NCBI RefSeq assembly: GCF_000009045.1
Contig: NC_000964.3
Location: forward strand, 3,596,001-3,660,000
Direction: 5' to 3'
DNA: 64,000 nucleotides
Source: Bacillus subtilis subsp. subtilis str. 168
GTDB lineage: Bacteria > Bacillota > Bacilli > Bacillales > Bacillaceae
The notes beneath the pieces are model-generated. The model did not search any database. It saw only the letters and a program-made list of their open reading frames with translations, and had not been told where the DNA came from. This document shows, in pieces, positions 42,245-51,406 of this stretch. The translations under genes were made by a program, and so were the position numbers. Numbering within the stretch: position 1 is the stretch's first letter; each line of letters begins with the position of its first letter.

Positions 42245-43768
42245 CTACCTTCCTCCAACACCCATGCCGTTGATCACTTTATCAAGCAATTCGTCTTGTA
42301 AAGTCACCATTCTTGCAGCTGCATTGTATGCGTGTTGGAATTGAATCATATTCGTCATTTCTTCGTCTAAAGAAACTGCGCTCATTTGCTGACGGTTTAT
42401 GTCAGCATCATTCAGCTGTGTTTCTGTATTAGACGCCAGTCGATTAGCCTCTTGAGCTTCGATCCCTAGCTCGCCAATCAGACCCGCATAATAATCTAAA
42501 ACACTAGTTTCTTTACCGTTAATGGTTATTTTACCGGTTAAAACATTTGCTAATTTTGTAGCATTTGCGTTATCGTTGGCTGCGCCAGTCAGTGAGAAAG
42601 CAATGTTTGCGCCTTTTGAATCTATTATGCTGTCAGCCACTTTGATCTTGCCCGCCGCGCCCTTGGCAGGTTCAGTTTCACCGCCAGTAAAATCAAAAAA
42701 GTCTCCGCCTTGTTCACCGCTCTTGGTCACACCATTTCTGTGCACTTCATTGAAAGCTTTCGCGAATTCAAGCGCCATATTGTCAAGATCAGAAAGCATT
42801 TCCGGGTATACGCCCTTTTCTTGGCCATCTGCTGTTATATACCCATAAGACTCTATAAACCCTAAAAGGGATCCCTTGCTGCTAAAGGACTCCGCCTGTA
42901 CAGCTGTATCCCCGATTGAAATACTTGATACTAACCCAGTTTCATTATCATAGTTGGCTGCAAGTTCTGAAACCTCGTAATTTTTACCGTCCAAAACAGT
43001 TCCTAGCGACTGTTTATTTTTATCAAGGATTTCAATTGATACAGTTCCTTCAGCAGATGCAAGTGCATTCCCGCCTGATTTGTTGTAGCTGACTTTGATA
43101 TCAACCATTGAGGATAATTTATCGATCAGCAAATCTCGCTGGTCATATAAGCCATTCGGAAGAAGCCCGACCGGCTCTACTTGTGCAATTTGCTTATTTA
43201 AACTGTTTAACTGAGAAAGCAGAGAATTGACATCCAACACAGTTGTATTTAGCTCTGCTTTTAAATTCGATTGGACATTTGTAAGTGATTCAGAAATATA
43301 ATTAAACGTTTCAGCTACAGCTTGTCCTTTTCGAGCAACAACAGAACGTGCACTTTCTTCATTTGTATTATTCGATAATTCCTGCAGGGAATTCCAAAAC
43401 GAATTGAGCACACTGTTCAAGCCGCTGTCATCCGTTTCATTTAAAACGCCTTCCATTTGGGACAGCGCTTTTGCCTTCGTGTCATAGTATCCGGCACTGT
43501 TGTTTTGAAGACGGTATTGGTAGTCAAGAAAGATATCTCTTATTCTCTCAACTGATTTTCCTTGAACGCCCGTACCCATTTGTCCCGCTGTTTTTTCTGC
43601 ATTTTTAGATACAGCAGGGAAATAGTCAGTTGCCTCCAATGAGACCCGCTGTCTTGTATAACCATCAGTATTGGCATTTGCCACGTTATTTGCAGTAGTG
43701 CTTAACGCTGCCTGCTGAGCGCTTAACGCCCGCCTTGCAGTTTCAAGCCCCATAAAGGTAGATGTCAT
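42245..43768 (-). CDS. flgK: Hook-filament junction protein FlgK
   Basis: 507 aa with NNVANANTDGYTRQR and SAVSLDEEMTNMIQFQHAYNAAAR. Confidence 0.97.
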   Translation of the reverse strand: MTSTFMGLETARRALSAQQAALSTTANNVANANTDGYTRQRVSLEATDYFPAVSKNAEKTAGQMGTGVQGKSVERIRDIFLDYQYRLQNNSAGYYDTKAKALSQMEGVLNETDDSGLNSVLNSFWNSLQELSNNTNEESARSVVARKGQAVAETFNYISESLTNVQSNLKAELNTTVLDVNSLLSQLNSLNKQIAQVEPVGLLPNGLYDQRDLLIDKLSSMVDIKVSYNKSGGNALASAEGTVSIEILDKNKQSLGTVLDGKNYEVSELAANYDNETGLVSSISIGDTAVQAESFSSKGSLLGFIESYGYITADGQEKGVYPEMLSDLDNMALEFAKAFNEVHRNGVTKSGEQGGDFFDFTGGETEPAKGAAGKIKVADSIIDSKGANIAFSLTGAANDNANATKLANVLTGKITINGKETSVLDYYAGLIGELGIEAQEANRLASNTETQLNDADINRQQMSAVSLDEEMTNMIQFQHAYNAAARMVTLQDELLDKVINGMGVGGR

Positions 43769-43786
43769 TTTCTGAATTCCTTTCTG

Positions 43787-44269
43787 CTAAGCTTTTGAAT
43801 CAAACAGTTTCATTTTGCTACTTTTCGGCAGCTCAGCTTTAATTGATTTGCTGTAATTGAAGTTATTTTCCTTAGGAACCAGCATATCGTACGAAATAGA
43901 GATGAATTGCAGCGCGTCTCTTGTCAGCTGCCTATTCATCTCATTTACTTTTTTCAGACGTCCGAGAACTTGAGAAAGAGATTCGTATAGTTGTTCCAGC
44001 TCTTCCTTTTCACTGCCTGAGGTTTTGGCGATACATGCGGAAATAGTATTATTTTCGCTATATCCGAGAAAGGCCGAAGTTGTTTTGATCCGGTCATCTT
44101 CTGTCTGCGTGATTGCTTGAATATATTTTTGCTCTTTTGTCAAAATGTTAGAAAGCTCTTTTGTTTTGCCGGCTTTGAGCGCTTCCGTCTTTTCTTCAGA
44201 CAGCGTGAGCAGGTGCTCATGCAGAACGCAAAGTCGCTTCAATTGTTCAATAATTGCCTTCGCTGACAT
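43787..44269 (-). CDS. flgN: Chaperone FlgN (YvyG)
   Basis: 160 aa helical protein between flgM and flgK; KKVNEMNRQL motif. Confidence 0.9.
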   Translation of the reverse strand: MSAKAIIEQLKRLCVLHEHLLTLSEEKTEALKAGKTKELSNILTKEQKYIQAITQTEDDRIKTTSAFLGYSENNTISACIAKTSGSEKEELEQLYESLSQVLGRLKKVNEMNRQLTRDALQFISISYDMLVPKENNFNYSKSIKAELPKSSKMKLFDSKA

Positions 44270-44284
44270 GGGCTTTCTCCTTTT

Positions 44285-44551
44285 TTATTGCTTTTTATAA
44301 AAATTAATCATATTTTTCGCAATATGATTTGCGTCTACTTTGTATGACCCGTTTTCAATTTGCGCTTTAAGCTGCGCAATTTTTTCCTGTCGTGAACCAG
44401 TGACTGCGTCGGATGCATGTTGCATTTCTTTAGCCTGTGATGAAATTTCAATTTTATCTTGAGGTTGTGCAACAGTTTTTTGCACCGCTTGCTTATCATA
44501 ATTTTTTTGATATGGATTAACGGATTGTGTTCCAAATTGATTGATTTTCAT
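44285..44551 (-). CDS. flgM: Anti-sigma-D factor FlgM
   Basis: 88 aa with DKIEISSQA and [20 protein letters not shown]. Confidence 0.97.
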
Positions 44552-44599
44552 AGGATTCCTCTCGCTTTCCGTTGCAGTCTTTAAACAATCTTAACCCTT

Positions 44600-44626
44600 T
44601 TATCGACTGCGTTTTCAGTTAGTTTA
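44600..44626 (-). promoter_or_regulatory. Second sigma-D-like promoter directly upstream of flgM
   Basis: Minus strand TAAA-N15-GTCGATAA. Confidence 0.55.
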
Positions 44627-44631
44627 GGGAA

Positions 44632-45051
44632 TCAGCTGTTTTTGGTATTATAGGCATAGTATGTGTCTTTTTTACTATTTTCTTTCTCGATTTTCAGAGC
44701 ATCCTCGTGGTTCAAATGATCCATTTGATCCTTAATATCAGACTGGCAAGCCTTGCAGAACTTGCCTTCTCTAATCGATGTCCCGCACCTTTCACAAGGG
44801 TATGCCAAATTAGGAAGATGAGTGATCTGAATTCGCTTCTGCCTGATGAATTTCAATATCAGCTCTTCTTCCACACCTGTTTCCTCAGTTATCCGGCTCA
44901 AAGTTGATTGCCGGTTTTCCTGTTTTCTTAAAAATTTATAGACAGTCTCAAATGATTTTTCTTCTTCCTTAATACACGCCTGACATACGGTTTGCAGCTT
45001 TGTTTTTAAAAATAAAGCATTGCATTTCGGACAATTAGCCAGTTCTCCCAT
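44632..45051 (-). CDS. yvyF: Flagellar operon protein with two Cys4 zinc-ribbon-like motifs
   Basis: 139 aa with CPKC..CQAC and CERC..CKAC. Confidence 0.9.
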   Translation of the reverse strand: MGELANCPKCNALFLKTKLQTVCQACIKEEEKSFETVYKFLRKQENRQSTLSRITEETGVEEELILKFIRQKRIQITHLPNLAYPCERCGTSIREGKFCKACQSDIKDQMDHLNHEDALKIEKENSKKDTYYAYNTKNS

Positions 45052-45100
45052 CTTTTTTTCTCCTTATTAGATAATATGCCTGTGTCAATTTCTAGTGATT

Positions 45101-45127
45101 ATATCGGCATAAAAACAGAATCATTTA
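45101..45127 (-). promoter_or_regulatory. Sigma-D promoter of the yvyF-flgM operon
   Basis: Minus strand TAAA-N15-GCCGATAT, perfect consensus; the -35 overlaps the comFC stop codon. Confidence 0.93.
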
Positions 45128-45814
45128 GCTTCTGATCAAGGTAAAAGATGACACTGAAGCGGCTTTTCCTTTTTCTAATAAGCAGCGGGCTGCGAAGTGC
45201 AAGGTGGCGCCTGTTGTATAAAGATCGTCTATTAAAATGATATTCATACCTTCTGCTGAATTATTTTTTGTATCAAAAATGCACTCTGACAGCAGGCGTT
45301 CTGTTTTCTTTTTCTTTGACTGTTTCTCATTATTCAGGCGAATGAGGGGATGGTGGGAAGGCCGGTCTAAACATTCTGCCAAGAGATGTGCCTGGTTAAA
45401 TCCGCGCTCTTCTTCCCGTTCCTTGCTCAGCGGAATAGGTACAAGAACAAAATGCTTATCGGGGTAAACCTTAGAAAAGGTTGAAGAAAAATCACTTTTA
45501 AATGCATTTATGATTTCTGCATCTCCTCTAAATTTAAAACGGGAGAGCGTTTCTTTCATCATATCATTATATGTGTAAACTGAACGGTTTTGACGCAATA
45601 GCAAACTGTCTCTGATCCTTGTTCTCCACACCTCGCAATCCCTGCATACGGCATGAACAGATTGAGGTCTGCCGCACAGGGGGCAGATATGTCCTGTGAT
45701 TTTCTTTAATTTGCTTCTGCAAGAATAACAAACCTTTTCATCAGGCTTTAGTAAAAAAAGGGCTCTCCATGTAACATCTTGAGAAAATTGCGAATCACAT
45801 AATAAACAGATCAG
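45125..45814 (-). CDS. comFC: Competence protein ComFC (double zinc ribbon + PRTase fold); probable CTG start
   Basis: 229 aa from the CTG after AGGAGGAGG (alternative ATG at 45847 has no SD). CLLC, CPLC, RGFNQA and LIDDLYTTGAT. Confidence 0.93.
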   Translation of the reverse strand: MICLLCDSQFSQDVTWRALFLLKPDEKVCYSCRSKLKKITGHICPLCGRPQSVHAVCRDCEVWRTRIRDSLLLRQNRSVYTYNDMMKETLSRFKFRGDAEIINAFKSDFSSTFSKVYPDKHFVLVPIPLSKEREEERGFNQAHLLAECLDRPSHHPLIRLNNEKQSKKKKTERLLSECIFDTKNNSAEGMNIILIDDLYTTGATLHFAARCLLEKGKAASVSSFTLIRS

Positions 45815-46107
45815 TTTATGAATGCCTCCTCCTGCTTCGTTTGACATAAATCGCTTGGACTCTCTGAAACTACTGCAGCAGATTCAGCCAAAATGACAAG
45901 CATTGCTGTGTTTTTTTGTTTATCTACCAGCTCAGCTTTCGTATATGCGATCTTTTTAAAATCAGTAACGTAGGATGGACTCACTTTGTTTAAAGAAAGT
46001 GCCAATACATCGTTTTGGCATACTTGGCAAGTACAGGCCATATGAAGCTGGTCCATATATCGGTCGAGCAGTTCTTTCATTACGATTTCTTTTGAATTGA
46101 CAAGCAT
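45811..46107 (-). CDS. comFB: Late competence protein ComFB
   Basis: 98 aa with CTCQVCQNDVLALSLN.V.PSY motif. Confidence 0.94.
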   Translation of the reverse strand: MLVNSKEIVMKELLDRYMDQLHMACTCQVCQNDVLALSLNKVSPSYVTDFKKIAYTKAELVDKQKNTAMLVILAESAAVVSESPSDLCQTKQEEAFIN

Positions 46108-46166
46108 TTTTACAGCTCCTCATCATCGGTTATATGAGTATACTGTACCACGTTTTCAAATAATGG

Positions 46167-47558
46167 CTAGTCTGTACATTCAACTTTTGCTGCCAATTCA
46201 TTCATTTCTTTTATATGCTTTCTTGCATCGAGCATACTCTTTGTTTTGCCGAAGTGAAAGTAAATGACATCGCCGTCCGCATATTCTTTATGCCGGCCGG
46301 TTCTTCCTGCAATTTGAACAAGTGCGCTTTCCGTAAAGATAGACGATTCCGCTCCTAGTACACCCGTTTGCACCTTGGGGACTGTGACGCCTCTTTCCAG
46401 TATTGTTGTTGTGATTAATAGATCGAGCTGACCATCTCTGAATTGCTGCACTTTCTCCTTTCTATGCTTGTCTTCCGCGTGCACAGATGCGGTTCGGCAA
46501 TGAACACCTTTAAAGCACGCAGCAGCCTTTTCCAGAATAGAAACGGAAGGAACGAATAAAAAAACAGGCCTCCCTTCTTTTACATGAAACTCTATCCATC
46601 TTTTCACCGCTGGCGGAATTTTATTTCGGTTTAATTTCTTCTTCCAGTTTCCACACCATACAAAGCGCGGTTCGGGTAAAGGTTTCCGGTGGTGTCTTGC
46701 GGGGATGCGAACTGAATGTAACTGTCCGTTCAGTGCTTTTCTTTTTAATTCTTTAGGAGGTGTTGCACTTAAATAAACGAGGGTGCTGTTTTTCTTTCTT
46801 GCTTTTTGAACAGCGAATTGAAGGGTTTGATCAGCAGAATATGGAAAAGCGTCAACTTCATCAATGATCATAACATCGATTGCATCTTTATATCGCAAAA
46901 GCTGATGCGTAGTGGAAATCATAAGCGGAGATAGCCGCCCTTTGTCATCGCTTCCTCCGTAAAGCGCTGAAATGTCAGCACCCTGAAAGGCAGCCTTGAG
47001 TCTTGGAGCAAGCTCTAATACAACATCGGTGCGAGGTGTTGCAATACATACACGCAGTCCTTGATTTAACGCTGATTCTATACCAGGAAACAGCATTTCT
47101 GTTTTGCCAGCGCCGCAAACCGCCCAGATGAGGAGCTCTTCTTTTTTTGATATTGCTTCAATTAAAACATTGGCGGCTTTTTGCTGTCCGCTTGAAAGCT
47201 TGCCATCCCATGTCAGCTTAATAGACTTCCAGTTTGATTCATTTTCCTCTTTCCATGAATATAAAGGAACCTCCTCACTCACTCTGCCCATCATGACACA
47301 GGAACGGCAATACAGCTTATTCTTTCCAGATGAGTGATAAAAAGAAAAATACCGCTGATCAGTTTGTCCGCACCTATTACATCTATATCTCCGTTTATTT
47401 ATGGATATAGAATTTTCAGCAGTGATATATCCATTCTTGATATGCCATTCAATCATCTCATCGGAAAATGAGAGCTCAGTCCTGAGCAAATGACGGCTTC
47501 GAAGCGTCTGCTGCAATTCTTTTGAAAAGGAACTGTTTTTTTCAACTGGCACATTCAC
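46167..47558 (-). CDS. comFA: DNA-uptake DEAD-box ATPase/helicase ComFA
   Basis: 463 aa with Zn-binding CNRC..CRSC, AVCGAGKT, DEVD and QIAGRTGR. Confidence 0.97.
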   Translation of the reverse strand: MNVPVEKNSSFSKELQQTLRSRHLLRTELSFSDEMIEWHIKNGYITAENSISINKRRYRCNRCGQTDQRYFSFYHSSGKNKLYCRSCVMMGRVSEEVPLYSWKEENESNWKSIKLTWDGKLSSGQQKAANVLIEAISKKEELLIWAVCGAGKTEMLFPGIESALNQGLRVCIATPRTDVVLELAPRLKAAFQGADISALYGGSDDKGRLSPLMISTTHQLLRYKDAIDVMIIDEVDAFPYSADQTLQFAVQKARKKNSTLVYLSATPPKELKRKALNGQLHSVRIPARHHRKPLPEPRFVWCGNWKKKLNRNKIPPAVKRWIEFHVKEGRPVFLFVPSVSILEKAAACFKGVHCRTASVHAEDKHRKEKVQQFRDGQLDLLITTTILERGVTVPKVQTGVLGAESSIFTESALVQIAGRTGRHKEYADGDVIYFHFGKTKSMLDARKHIKEMNELAAKVECTD

Positions 47559-47580
47559 ATAGCACGCCTCCTTTCGAAAC

Positions 47581-47659
47581 AGTATGCCTGAATGAATATT
47601 TTCTGTCCAACTATTAAAATAAGAATATAAAAAAATCTCCGCTCTAAAAACGGAGATTT
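47581..47659 (-). promoter_or_regulatory. comF sigma-A promoter with upstream AT-boxes (ComK region) overlapping the degV terminator
   Basis: TGGACA-N17-CATACT (47609-47581). Upstream hairpin aaatctccg..cggagattt flanked by A/T tracts. Confidence 0.6.
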
Positions 47660-47663
47660 GGCC

Positions 47664-48509
47664 TTATTTAAAACACCAGCAAATTCCTAACGCACCTTCA
47701 CCCAAATGAGTGCCGATTACCGCGCCAAAATAGCTGTTATAAAATTCAACATGAGGATATTTTGCAGAAAGCTCTTCAATGATTTTCGCTGCTTCTTCCT
47801 CTCGATTAGCGTGGATAACAGCAGCTCGCATAGGCAACCCTTTACTCGCATCTTCGTCTAAAAGCTCATAAATTCGCGAAATTGCTTTTTTACGTGTGCG
47901 AATCTTCTCAAAAGGCACAATTACCTTATTGTCAAAATGAAGGATAGGCTTTACCTTTAGAAGACTACCAATGAAGGCTTGGGCGCTGCTTAATCGCCCG
48001 CCGCGCTGAAGATGGGCTAAGTCATCTACCATAAAATAAGCTCGAACTGTTTTTTTCATTTCTTCCAGTTCTTTTATAATATCTTCCGGCGATGATGCTC
48101 CGTTTTTGATTAATTCAGCAGCTTTAAGGGCATAAAAGCCTTGAGCCAAGCAGCTGATCTCTGAGTCAAATGGATACACATCAATATTGTCGACCATCGA
48201 ATCAGCCGCTGCTGCACTGCTGAATGTTCCGCTGATCCCGCTGGAAAGATGGATACTGATAACCGCATCATAAGACTTGCCAAGCTCTTCATACAACGCA
48301 ACCAGCTCGCCGATTGGCGGCTGAGAAGTCGTCGGGAGCTCATTATGTTTTTTCACTTCTTCATAAAAGCTTTTCCAGTCCAACTCAATTTCTTCACGGT
48401 AAGTCTCCTCCCTAAAAACAACCTGGAGAGGGATCATATGTATCTGATGTTGTTCACGCATTTCTTTCGGAATATATGCCGTGCTGTCTGTTACGACTGC
48501 AATATTCAT
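47664..48509 (-). CDS. degV: DegV-family fatty-acid-binding protein (YviA)
   Basis: 281 aa with VTDST, PTTSQP, SSGISGT, GGR and IGTHLG. Confidence 0.95.
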   Translation of the reverse strand: MNIAVVTDSTAYIPKEMREQHQIHMIPLQVVFREETYREEIELDWKSFYEEVKKHNELPTTSQPPIGELVALYEELGKSYDAVISIHLSSGISGTFSSAAAADSMVDNIDVYPFDSEISCLAQGFYALKAAELIKNGASSPEDIIKELEEMKKTVRAYFMVDDLAHLQRGGRLSSAQAFIGSLLKVKPILHFDNKVIVPFEKIRTRKKAISRIYELLDEDASKGLPMRAAVIHANREEEAAKIIEELSAKYPHVEFYNSYFGAVIGTHLGEGALGICWCFK

Positions 48510-48606
48510 AGCTTCGATACCTGCCTTATTGCTTTATAACTCTATTGTAAGGGAAACGGCAGCCTAAAAAAAGACCTGCCTAGTAAAAGGCAAGTCTCCT
48601 ATTATA

Positions 48607-49296
48607 CTATCTCATTTCTACCCAGCCATTTTTAATGGCGACCACAACGGCTTGCGTCCGGTCGTTTACATTCATTTTTTGTAAAATATTGCTGACATGG
48701 TTTTTAACGGTTTTCTCACTGATAAACAATGATTCACCAATACCGCGGTTGCTTTTTCCGTCTGCAAGCATCTGCAGCACTTCACATTCCCGCCTAGTTA
48801 AAATATGTAATGGTCTGCGGATTTCAGGGTAAACCTCATGTTGAGGGTGTGCAGAAACTCCGCTTGTTGCAAGGCGGCGGAATTCGTTAACGAGGTTGTG
48901 AGTAACCTTCGGATGGAGGTAAGATCCGCCCTCAGCCACTACTTTAACCGCTTCAATTAATGTATCAGCATCCATCTCTTTCAGCAGATAACCTCTTGCA
49001 CCTGTTTTCAGGGCATGTGTTACATAATTTTCGTCATCGTGAATTGATAGAATAATTACTTTAGATTCAGGATACAGCTCTACAAGCTGTTTTGTAGCTT
49101 CCACACCATTTACGTTTGGCATATTGATATCCATGATCACAACATCAGGATGATAGTGCTCAACAATACGAGCCGCTTCGTCCCCGTCATCACCTTCGGC
49201 TACCACTTCAAAGGTAGGTTCAAAATCCAATATCCGTTTAACACCTTCACGAAATAACTGATGGTCGTCGATAATAACAATGTTTACTTTAGTCAC
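48607..49296 (-). CDS. degU: Response regulator DegU (NarL family), wild-type His12
   Basis: 229 aa with IIDDH, MDINMP receiver Asp and LuxR HTH. Confidence 0.99.
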
Positions 49297-49378
49297 AAGC
49301 CACGCCTCCTTGTATTATTGTTCTATATACTCTAGCATTCGGTCAATATGCCTTTTGGCTCTATTTTACAAATCATAG

Positions 49379-50536
49379 TCAAAGAGATAACGGAACCTTA
49401 ATCATAATAAATGTCCCAAGACCTATTTTCGAATCTATTGTCATCGTTCCTTCCAATAAATCTACTCTTTCTTTCATGCCCAGCAAGCCGAATGATTTGT
49501 TTTTCTTCTCTTTCGCTTCCTTCAGGTCGAACCCTTTACCGTTATCTTTTATCATTAAAATCACAAAATCCTTTGTGATCTCAACTTTGACTGTAATTTC
49601 TTCAGATTCAGAATGCTTTAGCGCATTAGACACAGCTTCCTGTGCGAGCCTGAAGAGCGCAACCTCAAACTGAGGCGCTAGCCTCTGATCCTCTGTTTCT
49701 CCAATGCACTGAAAATGTATTTTGACCTTCCCGTTATATTCCTCGGTTGTATATAGATATTTTCTTAAAGTTGGAATCAGGCCTAGGTCATCAAGGGCCA
49801 TCGGTCTTAAATCATATATAATCCTTCTCACTTCGTAAAGGGCATTCCGAACATTTTGGCGGAGATTTTTAATTTCTTGGAATCCGTCCTCTGCGCCCCG
49901 GTCACGGAAAATCCGCTCGATTAATTCCGATCTCATCATAACATTCGCCAGCATTTGAGCGGGTCCGTCATGGATTTCTCTTGAGACTCTTTTTCGCTCT
50001 TCTTCCTGCGCCTCAATAATTCTTAAGCCGAAATCCTGTTTTGCCTGAGCATCAGCAAGAAGCAGTCCAACTTCGCGCAAATCCTGATTCAAGTAGTTGA
50101 GCACAACTGTAATTTGGCTTACTAATGATTCTGACCGCTCAATGATTTCCTGAAGCCCTAGCAATCTGCGCTCCAAATCGTCCCGCCGTTCGCGCAATTG
50201 CTTCTCACGCTGCTGGATCATCGTCAATTCTACCTGCAGCTTATGGGCTTTTTCATAAGCATTGCGGATTTCCTCTTCACTGAATCTATGAAAATTACGG
50301 CTGACCTCGGATAAACGGTTTCTCGCATGGCGAGTTTGCACTTCAAGTTTATCGCCAAGCTCAATCACTTCATACACCTGCTGTTTAATTTGTTTCAGTT
50401 CTTCGACCAGCTGTTCATACTGCTGGCGTGACTGCTCCCCGATTTGAAAAACCTCGTCCTTGCTCCCGTCAACGGTTTTCAGCATCTTCATCAAAATAGA
50501 ATCCAGCACTTTGGAATCCATCTTTGTTTTATTCAT
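49379..50536 (-). CDS. degS: Cytoplasmic sensor histidine kinase DegS
   Basis: 385 aa. Coiled-coil N-terminus, REIHDGPAQ H-box, DNGKGF. Confidence 0.98.
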   Translation of the reverse strand: MNKTKMDSKVLDSILMKMLKTVDGSKDEVFQIGEQSRQQYEQLVEELKQIKQQVYEVIELGDKLEVQTRHARNRLSEVSRNFHRFSEEEIRNAYEKAHKLQVELTMIQQREKQLRERRDDLERRLLGLQEIIERSESLVSQITVVLNYLNQDLREVGLLLADAQAKQDFGLRIIEAQEEERKRVSREIHDGPAQMLANVMMRSELIERIFRDRGAEDGFQEIKNLRQNVRNALYEVRRIIYDLRPMALDDLGLIPTLRKYLYTTEEYNGKVKIHFQCIGETEDQRLAPQFEVALFRLAQEAVSNALKHSESEEITVKVEITKDFVILMIKDNGKGFDLKEAKEKKNKSFGLLGMKERVDLLEGTMTIDSKIGLGTFIMIKVPLSL

Positions 50537-50584
50537 AATTTCCCTCCGTCACGGCGTTGTCATATATTTTTATTATAAATGTAA

Positions 50585-50613
50585 TTGATCTGCAAATTAT
50601 GTCGAATTATAAT
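50585..50613 (+). promoter_or_regulatory. Candidate sigma-A promoter of yvyE-tagV
   Basis: TTGATC-N17-TATAAT. Confidence 0.6.
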
Positions 50614-50752
50614 GAAAGAATGCGTATATTCTAGAAAAAAACATTTTTATATACTATCTACTCTTTATGATACCAAAATACGCACAAAAATTCTAAAGAC
50701 TGTACGAATTTGTATAGGCAGTCTTTTATGCTTAGCAGGAGGGTCAGCTAGC

Positions 50753-51406
50753 ATGCTGCACAGCTATTTTACTGTGAAAGAAGCGGGAGAACACGAGATT
50801 GTTATAGAAAAATCGCGTTTTATCTGTCATTTAAGCCGTGTTTCTACCGAACAAGAGGCACAGGAATTTATACAGAAAATAAAGAAACAGCACTGGAATG
50901 CGACTCATAATTGCTCGGCTTATGTTATTGGCGAGAATGATCATATCCAAAAAGCCAATGATGACGGGGAACCAAGCGGTACAGCGGGAGTGCCGATGCT
51001 CGAGGTTTTAAAAAAACGCAGGCTGAAGGATACTTGCGCCGTCGTTACACGCTACTTCGGAGGCATTAAGCTTGGTGCTGGCGGATTAATTCGCGCTTAT
51101 GGGAAATCAGTGTCTGAAGGATTAAATCATATAGGTGTTGTAGAACGGAAGCTTATGCGAATCATGCATACTTCTGCAGATTACACATGGCTTGGCAAGA
51201 TTGAAAATGAATTAAGGGAGTCACAATTTCTGTTAAAGGAAATCCATTATTCAGAAAATGTTGAATTCGAAACATACGTGGAAGAAAAAGAAACCAACGC
51301 TTTTTCTGAATGGATGACAGAACTGACAAATGGAAAGAGTGATATTAAAGAGGGAGAGTTGACGTATCTTGAAAAAGCCGTCAATCACATAAAGGAGACT
51401 GAATAA
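50753..51406 (+). CDS. yvyE: IMPACT/YigZ-family protein
   Basis: 217 aa from the ATG after AGGAGG. KSRFI, ATHNCSAY, DDGEPSGTAG and RYFGGIKLGAGGL. Confidence 0.93.
   Translation: MLHSYFTVKEAGEHEIVIEKSRFICHLSRVSTEQEAQEFIQKIKKQHWNATHNCSAYVIGENDHIQKANDDGEPSGTAGVPMLEVLKKRRLKDTCAVVTRYFGGIKLGAGGLIRAYGKSVSEGLNHIGVVERKLMRIMHTSADYTWLGKIENELRESQFLLKEIHYSENVEFETYVEEKETNAFSEWMTELTNGKSDIKEGELTYLEKAVNHIKETE

Noticed and set aside
50585-50752. 56-aa N-terminal extension of yvyE in the ORF track (likewise extensions of uvrB, yvjA, ftsX, tuaC and yvkC)
   Set aside because: The strong SD sequences and family homology start at downstream codons, and the extensions overlap promoter DNA.
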